A DNA stretch of 63,627 nt, filler included, from Octopus bimaculoides (GCF_001194135.2; 11 parts of 11 records of this genome joined end to end with filler, not necessarily neighbours in it); one strand, 5' to 3'. Positions 13,116-26,639 are shown, counted from the whole stretch's first letter. Notes: generated by a model not told the origin, from the sequence alone. Made by a program: numbers and translations.

Positions 13116-13442
13116 TACTTGTTTTAAGAAATAAAAAACGGACACAGCACAGGCGAATATCTGATGGGAATTGAAACGGGAGTGACAAGATGACTAAACG
13201 CTCGTTCGTTGATTGATAGAGCTACTTGATTTGCTTGATTGATCAACTAATGCAATTTAAAAACAAAACTTAAACGGAAAATATATTCTTTAGGTGCACA
13301 AATATACACAGAGATATATATGTGTGTGTGCGTGTGCGTGTGTGTGCGTGTGCGTGTGCGTGCGTGTGCGTGTGTGTGTGTGTATATATATACAAACACA
13401 AACACACATATATACTTATGTGAATATATACATATAGGTATG

Positions 13443-13496
<54 letters not shown>

Positions 13497-14149
13497 CNNN
13501 NNNNNNNNNNNNNNNNNNNNNNNNNNNNNNNNNNNNNNNNNNNNNNNNNNNNNNNNNNNNNNNNNNNNNNNNNNNNNNNNNNNNNNNNNNNNNNNNNNNN
13601 NNNNNNNNNNNNNNNNNNNNNNNNNNNNNNNNNNNNNNNNNNNNNNNNNNNNNNNNNNNNNNNNNNNNNNNNNNNNNNNNNNNNNNNNNNNNNNNNNNNN
13701 NNNNNNNNNNNNNNNNNNNNNNNNNNNNNNNNNNNNNNNNNNNNNNNNNNNNNNNNNNNNNNNNNNNNNNNNNNNNNNNNNNNNNNNNNNNNNNNNNNNN
13801 NNNNNNNNNNNNNNNNNNNNNNNNNNNNNNNNNNNNNAACACAAACACACATATATACTTATGTGAATATATACATATAGGTATGTATATATATATATAT
13901 ACATATATATATTTATTTATCTGTTCATCTTTAGTTCCAGAGGTTGAAAGGAAAGACGTTGACGTGTTGCAGCTGTTTTATCTTGTAAATTAGAAGCTTC
14001 ACAGCAGAACTCAATTGCCTCAGGTAGAGACTGTTAAGAGAAAAAGATATCGGAATTGGTGACTGCAGGAACATGGCCTCTAATTACAGTGTCACCAATT
14101 CCGTTGCAGTTGACTGGTAAGTTATACATACATACACACACACACACCA

Positions 14150-14199
<50 letters not shown>

Positions 14200-14244
14200 C
14201 AGATGTGTATCCCTGCACACATATAGAAAAGCATTCTTACATAT

Positions 14245-14279
<35 letters not shown>

Positions 14280-14440
14280 AGAGACAGAGAAAGGGAGAGA
14301 GAGTGAAAGAGAGACTCGTGCATGTGTGGTGTGTAATGCTAATGATAATTCTTTCGCCTTCAAACTATTCTATCTCTGCAGAGATAGAAGAGTCGTTGAA
14401 ACGATTGTCAGCATTAACATACAGGAGTGCTGTATGTGCA

Positions 14441-14471
<31 letters not shown>

Positions 14472-14510
14472 TTACAAATAGATAGATAGATAGATACATA
14501 CATACATACA

Positions 14511-14544
<34 letters not shown>

Positions 14545-15853
14545 CATATATTTGTTTCGGTATATATAAGCGCTGGTTTAGGGGCAAGCGGCATCCAGTT
14601 GGCAATCATAATGATGATGTCAGTCGGCGGGTGCTATTTGCAGTCTTCGAGCTCCTGTTAGTGATTTTTATAGCAGGACTGCTTTGGGATGCAGTGGTCC
14701 GGCATGTGACTGACACGCCAACACGAATCCACCTAGGCTTTCTGCAAAAGGTGTACAGATTCAGGATACTGTCCTACTGAAGTATCCTACTGAATATTAT
14801 CGTGTGCATGAAGGAGATGCGGTGGCACCTAACATGAAAGGAAAAAGGTCGCATCACGTCTTCTCTTATGAATACTCGATGATTGAAAGACCTCGCTATA
14901 GAGCAGATCTTCTGACTTCATAGATGTTCCTTTATTAAACCACGGTGATTCTTTCCTTACTGATAATACCGTGTTTCTAAAGAGAGTTAATGCTTCTATA
15001 TGAAGCTGAGTAACTTCGTCAAAATTCCCTCGACGACTTCAACGATTTCCATTTTAAAGACCAACAAAGATTTTGTACTCTTGAGAATTTTTTGAATTAA
15101 TATTAAAGTAATTAGTCACTAACAACTGGCAAAAACCCCTCCATGATTCGTCAGTAGATTGTTTAAATTTGATAGACAATAGTTTTTACTGAACACTGTT
15201 AATCGAAGTGGCCGATTTACTTTTTTTCCTTCCTTCAGCGAACCAGAAGTAAAAATTATATCATTCTGGTAAAACTGACCGTTGATCTTTCTGTAATACC
15301 AATGTTGAACCCACCACTTCATCTCCGCCAACTCCTACACCACCGCCACCATTTTATCATCTCTGATAATTATTCACATTGATTGCTTTAAAACTCCAAT
15401 CAGAAATGTTTACATTATTAACGTGACTGAGTTCCACATTGAAATAGTCAGAACCAAACAAGACGGCAACAGATTCCGGTGTAATTCTGTGAGGGAGGGG
15501 TTGCGTGTGTGTGTGAGCTCATGTGAGTATGTGTGTGTTAATGCTTGTTCATGTGTCAATGCAAGTGAGTGTGTGTGTTTCAATGTATGTGTATGTGTGT
15601 ATGTGCTTCAGTGTGAGTGTGTGTATATGTCAGAGTAATTACGCAAGAGTGTTTATATATATATACATATATATATACATATATGTATATATTTATATTC
15701 ATATATATATGAATTATGAGTACTTGTATATGTATATTAATACATGTATGAATGTGTTTGTATGTATTCTATCTTTGCATGTGTTTATGTATATCACTAT
15801 GTTGTATTTTTACCAGAATGTCTGTGTACTGTTATCTATGTGCGTATGAACTT

Positions 15854-15894
<41 letters not shown>

Positions 15895-15914
15895 NNNNNN
15901 NNNNNNNNNNNNNN

Positions 15915-15967
<53 letters not shown>

Positions 15968-16989
15968 CACACATATATATATATATATATGCGTGTTTAC
16001 ATACGTATGTGTAGAGGGTTGTTAAGCCAAAAGGTTATGTATGCATTTTTTAAAAATATTATGAGAATTTGTACTGCATCACGTGATAGCCGATGGCTAC
16101 GCTAGTTGAAATCAGTGAAAAACAAAAAAATTGGACGATTGCCTGAACAAGGACAAACAAACTCTGCTGTCGTATGAAGACTGTTTAATTGTAAGTATTG
16201 GGACCAATGGACGGACGATTTTCAGGAATATATTTGTCGCCAATGGTAGAGAGGGACCAGGAGATATTCTAAGAATATTCACTACCCATCATTAAAGTTA
16301 GCTGAAGCAACAAAACAGACGGTGGGAGCGAATTGATGACATGGAGAGCAAACGGCAACTACAAAATAACGTTCCAAAATGGCGTTCAGTCGTGAACACA
16401 CACACACGGAATTATATAATGTAGACATATTTTGAACGTCCACATGAGGAAAAAATTAAAAGAACACCAATAAAAATGTAGAAAAAGAACAGAAATAAAA
16501 ACGATTAATTCCTTGATATTGAGATTCGATTAGTTTATCTCATGATTGTATCTTAATATCATATGTTGAGATATTCAAATTGTTATTGCGTTTTAAATAG
16601 GCAGAATGAATATCAGATGGAGAAAATATCGAGTTTAAATACTGTTGTTGCGGTTATTGTTGTTGATGTTGCCGTCGTCACTGCTTCTACTGCTGCCTTT
16701 TGTCGTCGTCGTCGTTGTGTGTTCCTGTCGTCATCGTCGTTATCTATCGGACGCTTTTCGCTGCTGTTCCTGTAGTTGCTGTTGCTGCTGCTGTTCCTGT
16801 TGTTGTCCTTGTTTTTGCTGCTGCTGCTGCTGCAGTTGTCCCTGTTGTTGTTGTTGTTGTGTGTTCCTGTCGTCTTCGCCATCATCTATAGTACGCTTTT
16901 CGCAGTACGCTGATGACTCTACAACGAAATTCTTCCCGATTACGCGCGAGCTCTCCCATCCGACGTTCTCGTAGTGTCTTCTTCGCAGA

Positions 16990-17465
16990 GATATTTGGGT
17001 GAGTTGCCATTTCCCTTCTTGTTTTTAGTCCCACTGGGTATCCAGGTACCTTCCTCATAAGAGTAGCAAGCTACTCAGATGGGAGGAGAGGACCACTTTA
17101 GCGCCGACCATTCGACCATCAGTCAGGTAGTACTAGTCTACATGGCATCAGTGCTTGGTCTCATCAGGCTGTGATGAGATACCTGACCTGGTTTTAGGGT
17201 GTTCCGGTAGTAATGTATAATCACTGATAGAATAAGTATACGGTGAGAACAGCGCCTTACAAGAAGGGTCTACCATTCGTTCTTTGGGGAATCCTGTATG
17301 TGGCCGCTCTACCTGCTAAAAGTAATAGCCAGCTGTCCCTCAGAGTAAATCCTATGATTAAGGACACAGTGTGTAATATAGTCATAGATATCCTTTCAAA
17401 AATGGCGAGAAGGCTACGGTTGGAATGTCTTTGATCATGGTTCTATTTCCTCAAATTTGACCGGG
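16990..17465. mobile_element. Unclassified interspersed repeat
   Basis: Ends in GGAATGTCTTTGATCAT, a motif also seen near 31613 and 36091; higher GC than flanks; no clean ORF. Confidence 0.4.
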
Positions 17466-17599
17466 AACTACATAGCAAAGCCTCGTAGCGATTGCTGTCT
17501 TAAACATAGGTTCGATTCCCGGTCTCGTCTCGTGCTTTCAATATGAAATATAGCACTACGATTATGATAGATCGAACGTAGCTTTATGTGGGTAATATC

Positions 17600-17735
17600 C
17601 TTTCTACAATAGGCACAAGGTCTGAAATTTGAGGGGAGGGGCTAAGTCGATTACATTGACACCCACTGCTCAGCTGGTACTTATTTTATCGACCCTGAAT
17701 GGATGAAAGGCAACATTGAATTTTGCGGTATTTCT
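17600..17735 (-). mobile_element. SINE family A, partial
   Basis: AGGCACAAGG.CTGAAATTT...GTCGATTACATTGAC...CTGGTACTTATTTTATCGACCC...GATGAAAGGCAA. Confidence 0.8.
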
Positions 17736-18440
17736 TCCGACTTTCAGCGATCGAAGTCCAAACCTTGTCAAAATCAATTTTACTTTAACGGTCGATAAAT
17801 AAAGTACCAAACGAAGGCATTAATTTATCGGAAATGTTGGCAATTCAAGTAAGGCATCCGGCCATATCCGTTCCCAATGTTATTCCTCTAATACCAACGT
17901 CTGTGACGACACTCGTGCCAAACTGAACCGATCCAAGTTAATAGTTTTCTCTTCGACAATAATAGTGGCGTGCAGACGTCAGACGTGCACAGAATAAAAC
18001 TGCCCAAGTTTATGATTTTAGACTGGATTTAAATGTGTCGTTTGTGTTAAACTTGTTCGTGTATTCTTCTACTATAATTGTTTTCAACCCTTTGACAGCG
18101 AAATTAAATTTCATAGTTATTCTACTAATAATGTTAAATGTCTACCTAAAATAGAATTGGCATTTTCTGCAAGTCACGTTGTCTAAGTAAACTTGTCATG
18201 TCTCGAAAGAAAATAGTTTCAAACATGACATTCTTCAACTAAAGATAGAATCTTATATAAAGCTGCTCTCTGCAGTTAAGGATCATGAAATCTTGTGTGG
18301 ATATATCTGTTTTCCTCATAAAAGCGTTAGAATTCGCTCAAGCGTTGCTGTGCTGTAAGAAGCTTGCTCTTCAACCACATGGTTCTGAGTTCGATTTCAG
18401 TGCGTGGCACCTAATTTGTATGTGTATATATGTATGTATA

Positions 18441-18486
<46 letters not shown>

Positions 18487-18740
18487 NNNNNNNNNNNNNN
18501 NNNNNNNNNNNNNNNNNNNNNNNNNNNNNNNNNNNNNNNNNNNNNNNNNNNNNNNNNNNNNNNNNNNNNNNNNNNNNNNNNNNNNNNNNNNNNNNNNNNN
18601 NNNNNNNNNNNNNNNNNNNNNNNNNNNNNNNNNNNNNNNNNNNNNNNNNNNNNNNNNNNNNNNNNNNNNNNNNNNNNNNNNNNNNNNNNNNNNNNNNNNN
18701 NNATATATATATATATATATATATATATTAAATAACAATA

Positions 18741-18783
<43 letters not shown>

Positions 18784-18954
18784 GATTGAACTTAGAATCA
18801 CGTGGTTGGGAAGCAAACCAATTACCAATATTTCCGTGCCTGTATAGGCCTTGTTTATGTCTGTCGTATGAAACGGTATACGTTATATGTTGTCCCATAT
18901 TTCTCTATTCGTATCTAGCAACAGCGTTTAAGTCTCAATATAAACTAAATTTAT

Positions 18955-19167
18955 AGTCGGTGAGCTGGCAGAAACGTTTGCACGCCGTATGAAATACTTA
19001 GCGGTATTTCGTCTGTCTTTACGATCTGAGTTCAAATTCCGCCGAGGTCAACTTTGCCTTACATTCTTTCGGGGTCTTTAAATTAAGTACCAGTTGCGTA
19101 CTGGGGTTGATCTAATCGACTGGCTCATTCCCCAAAAATTTCGAGCCTTGTACCTAGAGTAGAAAAG
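18955..19167 (+). mobile_element. SINE family A, near complete
   Basis: GGTGAGCTGGCAGAAACGTT...GAGTTCAAATTCCGCCGAGGTCAACTTTGCC...AAGTACCAGTTG. Confidence 0.9.
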
Positions 19168-19270
19168 ACTATAAACTAAATTTATGTTTCATGGTAATTT
19201 TGCTGACGTAATTACTTTCAAAATCTTCATTAAGTCTCTCTGCGTTGTTTTTGACGACCATTAACCTATC

Positions 19271-19711
19271 TGTCAGGATTTCAGCTAAGCTTCTTCATCA
19301 ATATTTTTGTAATGGAAACCATAGTCGTAATACAAGAAAAGGCGTATACATATTTTATAATGAAGGCACCCAATATGTCATGAATTATCCTTCGAAAGTT
19401 CTTGTTGCTCTAAACAATATAAGTTCCCTTCTGTTGGTCACAAAGTATTCTGTTTTCATGAATAGCTATGTACAACGGCAAAAATGTGGGCCCCAGCGAA
19501 GAACCTGACTACTCCATCTTATTGAGTGTACAGAATACTTTGTGACCAACAGAAGGGAACTTTCATTGTTCAGAGCAGCTTGAACTTTCGAAGGATGATT
19601 CTTGACATATTGGGTGCCTTCGTTATAAAATATGCATACGCCTTGTCTTGTATTAGAAGTATGGTTTCCATTAAAAAATATTGGTAAAGAAGCTTAGCTG
19701 AAATATTGACA
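19271..19711. repeat. Foldback inverted repeat (~182 bp arms, ~76 bp spacer)
   Basis: 19271-19453 is the approximate reverse complement of 19530-19711 (e.g. CTGTTGGTCACAAAGTATTCTGT / ACAGAATACTTTGTGACCAACAG). Confidence 0.9.
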
Positions 19712-19784
19712 ATTTCGTGATAAAGAAATTCTACAAACTCATCTATGATAGTACTCACTCTCTTTCTCTCTCTCTCTCACTTTC

Positions 19785-19831
<47 letters not shown>

Positions 19832-19884
19832 NNNNNNNNNNNNNNNNNNNNNNNNNNNNNNNNNNNNNNNNNNNNNNNNNNNNN

Positions 19885-19945
<61 letters not shown>

Positions 19946-20544
19946 TGTGTCTATGAAGAGATAGATAGATAGGTATGTATGTATGTATGTATGTATGTAG
20001 GTAGGTAGGTAGGTAGGTAGGTAGATAGGTAGGTAGGTAGGTAGGTAGGTAGGTAAATATATAGGTATGTATGTATATGTATGTATGTATACATGTATAT
20101 GTGTGTGTCTGTCTGTCAGTCTTTTTGTCTGCGGATGTGTGTGTGCATATCTACGGGCGTGTATGTTTATCAAGGGCCGGGCTCATTGCTCCCCAGCGGA
20201 GCCACAGGTGTAAAGTTTAATTTTGCTGAATGCACAATGTTCTCAATGGTCAGTGGTGGTTTTTCTCGGTCAAGAGTGGACAGCCATCATGAAATCTATA
20301 TATTTTTTGTGTTTGTGTATGTGTTTTTATTTACAAAAAGAGACAGCGCAACATAAATTTAATTTGCTTGTTTTCTTTCATTATGCTACAACTAACAAAA
20401 TACAAAAAAAAAAATTTTAATAATGAAAAATGGTTTTTAAAAAACGATTAAAAAAACACAGATTATGAAAACAAAACTACACTTACTCCTACTGACCACC
20501 AACTGACCACTTACTCCTACTTGCGCCACCAACAAACATCATAA

Positions 20545-20895
20545 AGCGTAGATATGTGGTAAGAAGCATGCTTCCCAACCACATGATTCTGGGTTCAGTC
20601 CCACTGCGTTGCACCTTGGGCAAGTATCTTCTACTATAGCCTCGAGCCGACTAAAGCCTTGTAAGTGGATTTTGTAGACGGAAACTGAAAGAAGCCCGTC
20701 ACATATAAGTATATGTGTGTGTGTGTGTTTGTGTCTGTGTTCGTCCCCCCACCACCGCTCGACAACCGCTGTTAGTGTGTTTATGTTCTCATAACTTAGC
20801 AAAAAAGAGATCGAGAGAATAAGTACCAAGCTAAAAATTTCTTGAAGGCAGCGCTCCAGTATGGCCGCAGCCTAATGTGCGAAACAAGTAAAAGA
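20545..20895 (+). mobile_element. SINE family B, full length with internal microsatellite
   Basis: tRNA-like head TGTGGTAAGAAGC...GGGTTCAGTCCCACTGCG..GCACCTTGGGCAAGT, central (TG)n, tail GGCAGCGCTCCAGTATGGCCGCAG...GAAACAAGTAAAAG. Confidence 0.9.
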
Positions 20896-21129
20896 TAAGA
20901 GATAAACGCATAAATTATCATTCAGAATAGTTACAGGATGTTAATAAGAGATCATTAATTATGTAGAACATTAATTAAGGTTGGTCAGTAAGCATTAAGG
21001 TTTTAGCTTCTGCAAGAATCGTTTCGTCAGGAATTTAACGAATGGCTTTGCATCTGCTTCGAGTGTTCTCTTCCCATCGTCGTCGCCTTTAACTCGTCTC
21101 TGACGTTTAAAAGCTACACCTCCACAAAC

Positions 21130-21500
21130 ACCACGCTGCCACCAACACCTCCACCAATACCACCACAACCATCACCATCGTTGTCATCATCATCATCACC
21201 ATAATCGTCATCATCATCGTCATCATCATCATCAGCATCATCACCATCATCGTCATCACCATCATTATCACCATCATCATCATGAGCACCATCATCATCA
21301 CCACCATCATTACCACCATCACCTCCATCATCATCATCATCATATCATCACATCATCAGCATCGTTATCACCACCACCATCATCAGCATCATCATCATCG
21401 TCGTCGTCGTCGTCGTCATCATCATCACTATCGTCATCATCATCATCATCATCACCATCACCTCCATCATCATCATCACCATCATCGTCACTACTGTTAT
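21130..21500. repeat. Compound (CAT/CAC/CGT)n microsatellite
   Basis: Directly visible. Confidence 0.95.
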
Positions 21501-21778
21501 CGAGTCAAATCGTGATCATCAATAATTTAAGTTTCCACAACATCAGTTCCATTATTTTTGTTTCTTGCGGATTTAATTCAATAAGGAAATGGAAAACAAA
21601 AAAAAAATAATAATAATAAAAATAGAAATGAAAATGAAAAACTATAAAAAGACAAACGATTGAATCTGTGATGTTTTAGAATTTGGTAGCAATTATTGCA
21701 TAAGAGTGTGTGTGTGTCTGTCTGTTTCTTGTGCACACACACGACCACACACATACACAGCTAGACAAACAAACAAAG

Positions 21779-21838
<60 letters not shown>

Positions 21839-22547
21839 ATACCTACATATGTACTTATATATATACATGTGTATGTATATATGCATATACACACTGAGTA
21901 GGAGTGATGTATATTGAAATACATATATAGATATACAACCCTTTCTGCAACTCTTTATACATTTATTTGTCTATCTATCCATACGTATACATACAAAATA
22001 CACACACACACACACATNNNNNNNNNNNNNNNNNNNNNNNNNNNNNNNNNNNNNNNNNNNNNNNNNNNNNNNNNNNNNNNNNNNNNNNNNNNNNNNNNNN
22101 NNNNNNNNNNNNNNNNNNNNNNNNNNNNNNNNNNNNNNNNNNNNNNNNNNNNNNNNNNNNNNNNNNNNNNNNNNNNNNNNNNNNNNNNNNNNNNNNNNNN
22201 NNNNNNNNNNNNNNNNNNNNNNNNNNNNNNNNNNNNNNNNNNNNNNNNNNNNNNNNNNNNNNNNNNNNNNNNNNNNNNNNNNNNNNNNNNNNNNNNNNNN
22301 NNNNNNNNNNNNNNNNNNNNNNNNNNNNNNNNNNNNNNNNNNNNNNNNNNNNNNNNNNNNNNNNNNNNNNNNNNNNNNNNNNNNNNNNNNNNNNNNNNNN
22401 NNNNNNNNNNNNNNNNNNNNNNNNNNNNNNNNNNNNNNNNNNNNNNNNNNNNNNNNNNNNNNNNNNNNNNNNNNNNNNNNNNNNNNNNNNNNNNNNNNNN
22501 NNNNNNNNNNNNNNNNNNNNNNNNNNNNNNNNNNNNNNNNNNNNNNN

Positions 22548-22603
<56 letters not shown>

Positions 22604-22671
22604 CACATATGGATATGCACATATACATATCTACATATATACTCACACATATATGTGCATACATATTCACA

Positions 22672-22703
<32 letters not shown>

Positions 22704-23151
22704 GTTGTACACTACGTTGGCCAGGTCGAAAGTGGACTCACGCACCGCTAGTCTTCTCCTAAACAAGTGTATTCAAGCGAGATCCACTCCATTCTAGATT
22801 GTTCCTGATTCATATCTGAATGTCGTTTTGTCAATGTAGCAATGTATAGAATGAGTGAATTGTCGAAAAGAGGCACTAAAGACAAAACATCGCAAAAGAA
22901 AAGAAAGAGGGCCTCTACTTGTTTAAGGTACATTCATACACCTCTACTTCCTGTCAATCTAACTCTACAACACTGAACTTCCTTAGCCCACTTCCGGTGT
23001 GTTTCCCCTTTCGTTTTGTTCGTTCATTACTGAAAACTTTGTATAAACATCGAGAAGTTGTATTTATTTATGCATGTATGTTTTTTTTCCCTTTTTTAAT
23101 CATCATCTTGTTTTTAATCATCTTTTTTTAAACATCATCTTGTTTTAATCA

Positions 23152-23400
23152 TTATCCTTTAAATCTTAATAGGGTCTTGCAGATTTTTATAGACCTAGAT
23201 ATCCTGATCATTTGTAGCTTATGGATTAAGGATTTGCGTTCTCTCCCCATACTTTGCACCAGACCGTTCGGTACGAATCCTGTTGCTCCAAGAATAATAG
23301 GTATGAAGCCGAAAGTGTATCTTGGTTTCTGGATTTGTAAACTCCTTATCAATGGTCCACAGACGTCTTCTTTCTCTTGTGTTTTTCTAACCACATTCGT
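23152..23400 (-). mobile_element. LINE 3' fragment with restriction-like endonuclease tail (R4/Dong-like)
   Basis: DTNVVRKTQEKEDVCGPLIRSLQ...YTFGFIPIILGATGFVP...LIHKLQ...SIKICKTLL resembles the PIIIGALG C-terminus of RLE-type LINEs; clade assignment is from memory. Confidence 0.65.
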
Positions 23401-23655
23401 GTCCAGAGGGCTTGTATGTATGTTCGTATGTATGAGAGACACTCAGAGGCACACGCTAACTGTAATTGACATTTTTTTTATGGTTAATTCAATAATAAAG
23501 AAGTAAACAACCAATGCGTGTGTTATGATTGACGCAGTGCCCCATCCTAATCACAATAGATATCCGAGTGTTGTATTGCTTGTTTCTCTGGATGGTTTTA
23601 CACTTTCGTGTAACCAGCGCACATACGAAAATATATGGATATGGATGTGGGTGTA

Positions 23656-23720
<65 letters not shown>

Positions 23721-23754
23721 GGAGAGGGAAAGGGGGAGAGAGAGAAGAAGAGAG

Positions 23755-23789
<35 letters not shown>

Positions 23790-23936
23790 TAGATAGATAT
23801 TCATTATATATGTAAATGACTTGCGTATGCTTTCTATGTATTTATGTATGCGTGTTTAAGTGTGTGTGTGTGTGTGTGTAAAGAAGATAAATATAATCGT
23901 TTGCTTGAAGCATTGTGGATATAAAATAAATTATTG

Positions 23937-23976
<40 letters not shown>

Positions 23977-24524
23977 NNNNNNNNNNTTTTTTTTTTTTTG
24001 TCAGTTTTTTTTTTTTTGTCTTTTTTTTAAGAAACAATGAACTGCACTGAAACATAAGTACTTGGATTATGTAATTGTGCGTGTTGGTGATTACTATAAT
24101 AATATTAATAATGATGATGATGATGACGACGATGACGACGATGATGATGATGGTGACGATGGTGATGACGATGACGATGACGTTGATGATGACGATGATG
24201 ATGATAATCATCATCATCATCATCGTCATCATAATAATAATGATAATATTAACAATAATAATAATAATAATAATAATAATTACGTTTTGTTTTCTTTTTA
24301 CAAAATTGCTATTTCGTCTTAGCTTTATTATAATGAAGTCTGGAGCTTTTATGCGTTCCGACTGAATATGGAAGTTAAATCTACTTAAAGACTGTTAAAT
24401 ATTAAGAAAGAGTCTAATGGAATTCTAAAGACGATTCTTATATAATGGGATGTTAATTGAATAAAAAAAAAGTTCAATGAACGATTGGGACTTGTTTTAT
24501 TGATATGGTATATTGATCATGCCA

Positions 24525-25125
24525 ACCCCCCACAGCTCCAGACTGGCTGCTGAGAGTCGATCTCGTGCAACGGTTAAACACTCTGCCCACACATAGTGAT
24601 CTTCTCAAATTCCGTCTAACATGTGATCATGTGGGAATTGACAGTGCCCTGGGAGGAACACATGGAGAAAGCTCATCAGAAGGAGCTTGCTAAATATAAA
24701 GAGCTGGTAGAGCAGCGTAGAAACCGTGGTTGTCAGGCACTTTCCGAGACAACTGAAGTGGGCTGTCGAGGTTTTGTGCGGCATTCTCTCTGCAAAGCTC
24801 TGGTAGGCTTTGGAGTCACTGCGGCCCCAAAGAAGATCTAATTGGCTTTGGTGTATACGTGGCAGCAAAGAAGAAGACTTTGGAGCTACTAGGTAAGCAA
24901 AAAGGATAACCGGAAATTCTCTCCCTGAAACTGCAAAGAAGGCCACCACCGGGTGGATGTGGATAAACAGGACAGACCAGTGGTTTGATGATACTGGGAT
25001 GCAAGCTGGACTTTGAACAACGCCAGCAGGGTCAACAGGATGAGTTTGACGTTGAAAGTGCTAAAACTGCCTAAAACCCTAGAAACATCACTGACGATGC
25101 ATCCGGGGCATCCGCGAGATATATT
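24525..25125 (+). mobile_element. LINE 3' fragment with restriction-like endonuclease (HERO-like)
   Basis: TAPDWLLRVDL...HIVIFSNSV*HVIMWELTVPWEEHMEKAHQKELAKYKELVEQ...EVGCRGF..HSLCKAL, followed by a 3' UTR containing ACATCACTGACGATG. Confidence 0.8.
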
Positions 25126-25969
25126 TTGAAAATAAATTTATCTTAAAACTATGTAATTCTAAAAAGGTAAAAACTAGTAAGTTTCAATGAAATCTTAATC
25201 TTCTCAAATTGCGTTTAATCTTCATGATTTACTAATTCTTCTGCCACCCAGAGATACGATCTGTAGAGTTTCTGCCTTCACTAAATATTAGCAAAGAGGA
25301 GATTGAGGGTTGAGGCATAATTATAATTTCTTTATTCTTTTCTCTCATTTGGCATGTGTTTTTGTGGCCTTCGCACATACATCATGTGTGTGTGCGTGTC
25401 ATTGTGCGTATATATGTGTATAAAAATTATGTATGCGTGTGTGTGTATATATATATATATATATATNNNNNNNNNNNNNNNNNNNNNNNNNNNNNNNNNN
25501 NNNNNNNNNNNNNNNNNNNNNNNNNNNNNNNNNNNNNNNNNNNNNNNNNNNNNNNNNNNNNNNNNNNNNNNNNNNNNNNNNNNNNNNNNNNNNNNNNNNN
25601 NNNNNNNNNNNNNNNNNNNNNNNNNNNNNNNNNNNNNNNNNNNNNNNNNNNNNNNNNNNNNNNNNNNNNNNNNNNNNNNNNNNNNNNNNNNNNNNNNNNN
25701 NNNNNNNNNNNNNNNNNNNNATATATATATATATATATACATATGTATATATATATATATATATAATTTTATATATATGGATATATATGTATTTATAGAT
25801 AGATATCTGTATGTATGAGTACGTATATATATCTGTGAACTTATATACGCATATATATGCATACATACACACACAGACACGCACATATCTATATATTGAC
25901 ACCCAATATATTATAAGGCTAAACCATCGAATGTTTCATATGTGTGTGTGTATATATTTACAGAGAGAG

Positions 25970-26036
<67 letters not shown>

Positions 26037-26122
26037 GAGAAAGAGAATCAGTTACATATAGATATATATATAAATAGATAAACTGATACGTATATTCATA
26101 TATATATATATATGTATATATG

Positions 26123-26170
<48 letters not shown>

Positions 26171-26639
26171 TATATGTATATGTGAATACAGATAGACAGA
26201 CAGAGAGATAGATAGATAATTATAATATTGTATCGGATATTCTTGGAAAGCCAAGTAATTGTATGCTCCCAGTAAGAAATACCACAAGAGCACTAATATT
26301 AACACTAAATATAATTCACAAATCAATAGAGAAACATTGAACATCCCATCGATCCTATCCTGGATATATATTTACATCCTTTTTTTTTAGTTCATTTCTT
26401 ACAAAAGAAAAAAACAAAAAGAAAAAGAAAAAGTCTATAGAAAACCGTGAGTGCATCCTCTCCCGAATTATATCGATCTCAAATCTTGTTACAGTAACAC
26501 TGCGTTCATCCTGGTCGTTCTTATTCAATGCAAGATTTATCTTTTGTCTTCTTGAAATAATAATTTTGTCAGCGACGTAATTACTATTGTGTCACGAAAT
26601 ACGTGAACTGTTCTGAAGAAGTTAACGGTCCGGTTTATT

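Noticed and set aside
14381-14430. Strong acceptor and possible 50-nt exon (DRRVVETIVSINIQEC or EIEESLKRLSALTYRSA)
   Set aside because: The donor is the start of a (TG)n repeat, and it does not join the 10.7-13.1 kb chain in frame.
14780-15060. Faint mariner-like remnant (PRYRADL..SDF)
   Set aside because: Too decayed; no TIRs found.
20490-20550. Minus-strand FMMFVGGASR followed by GTAAGT, resembling a possible MCT exon 2
   Set aside because: No AG acceptor, and it abuts a SINE head; too short to support.
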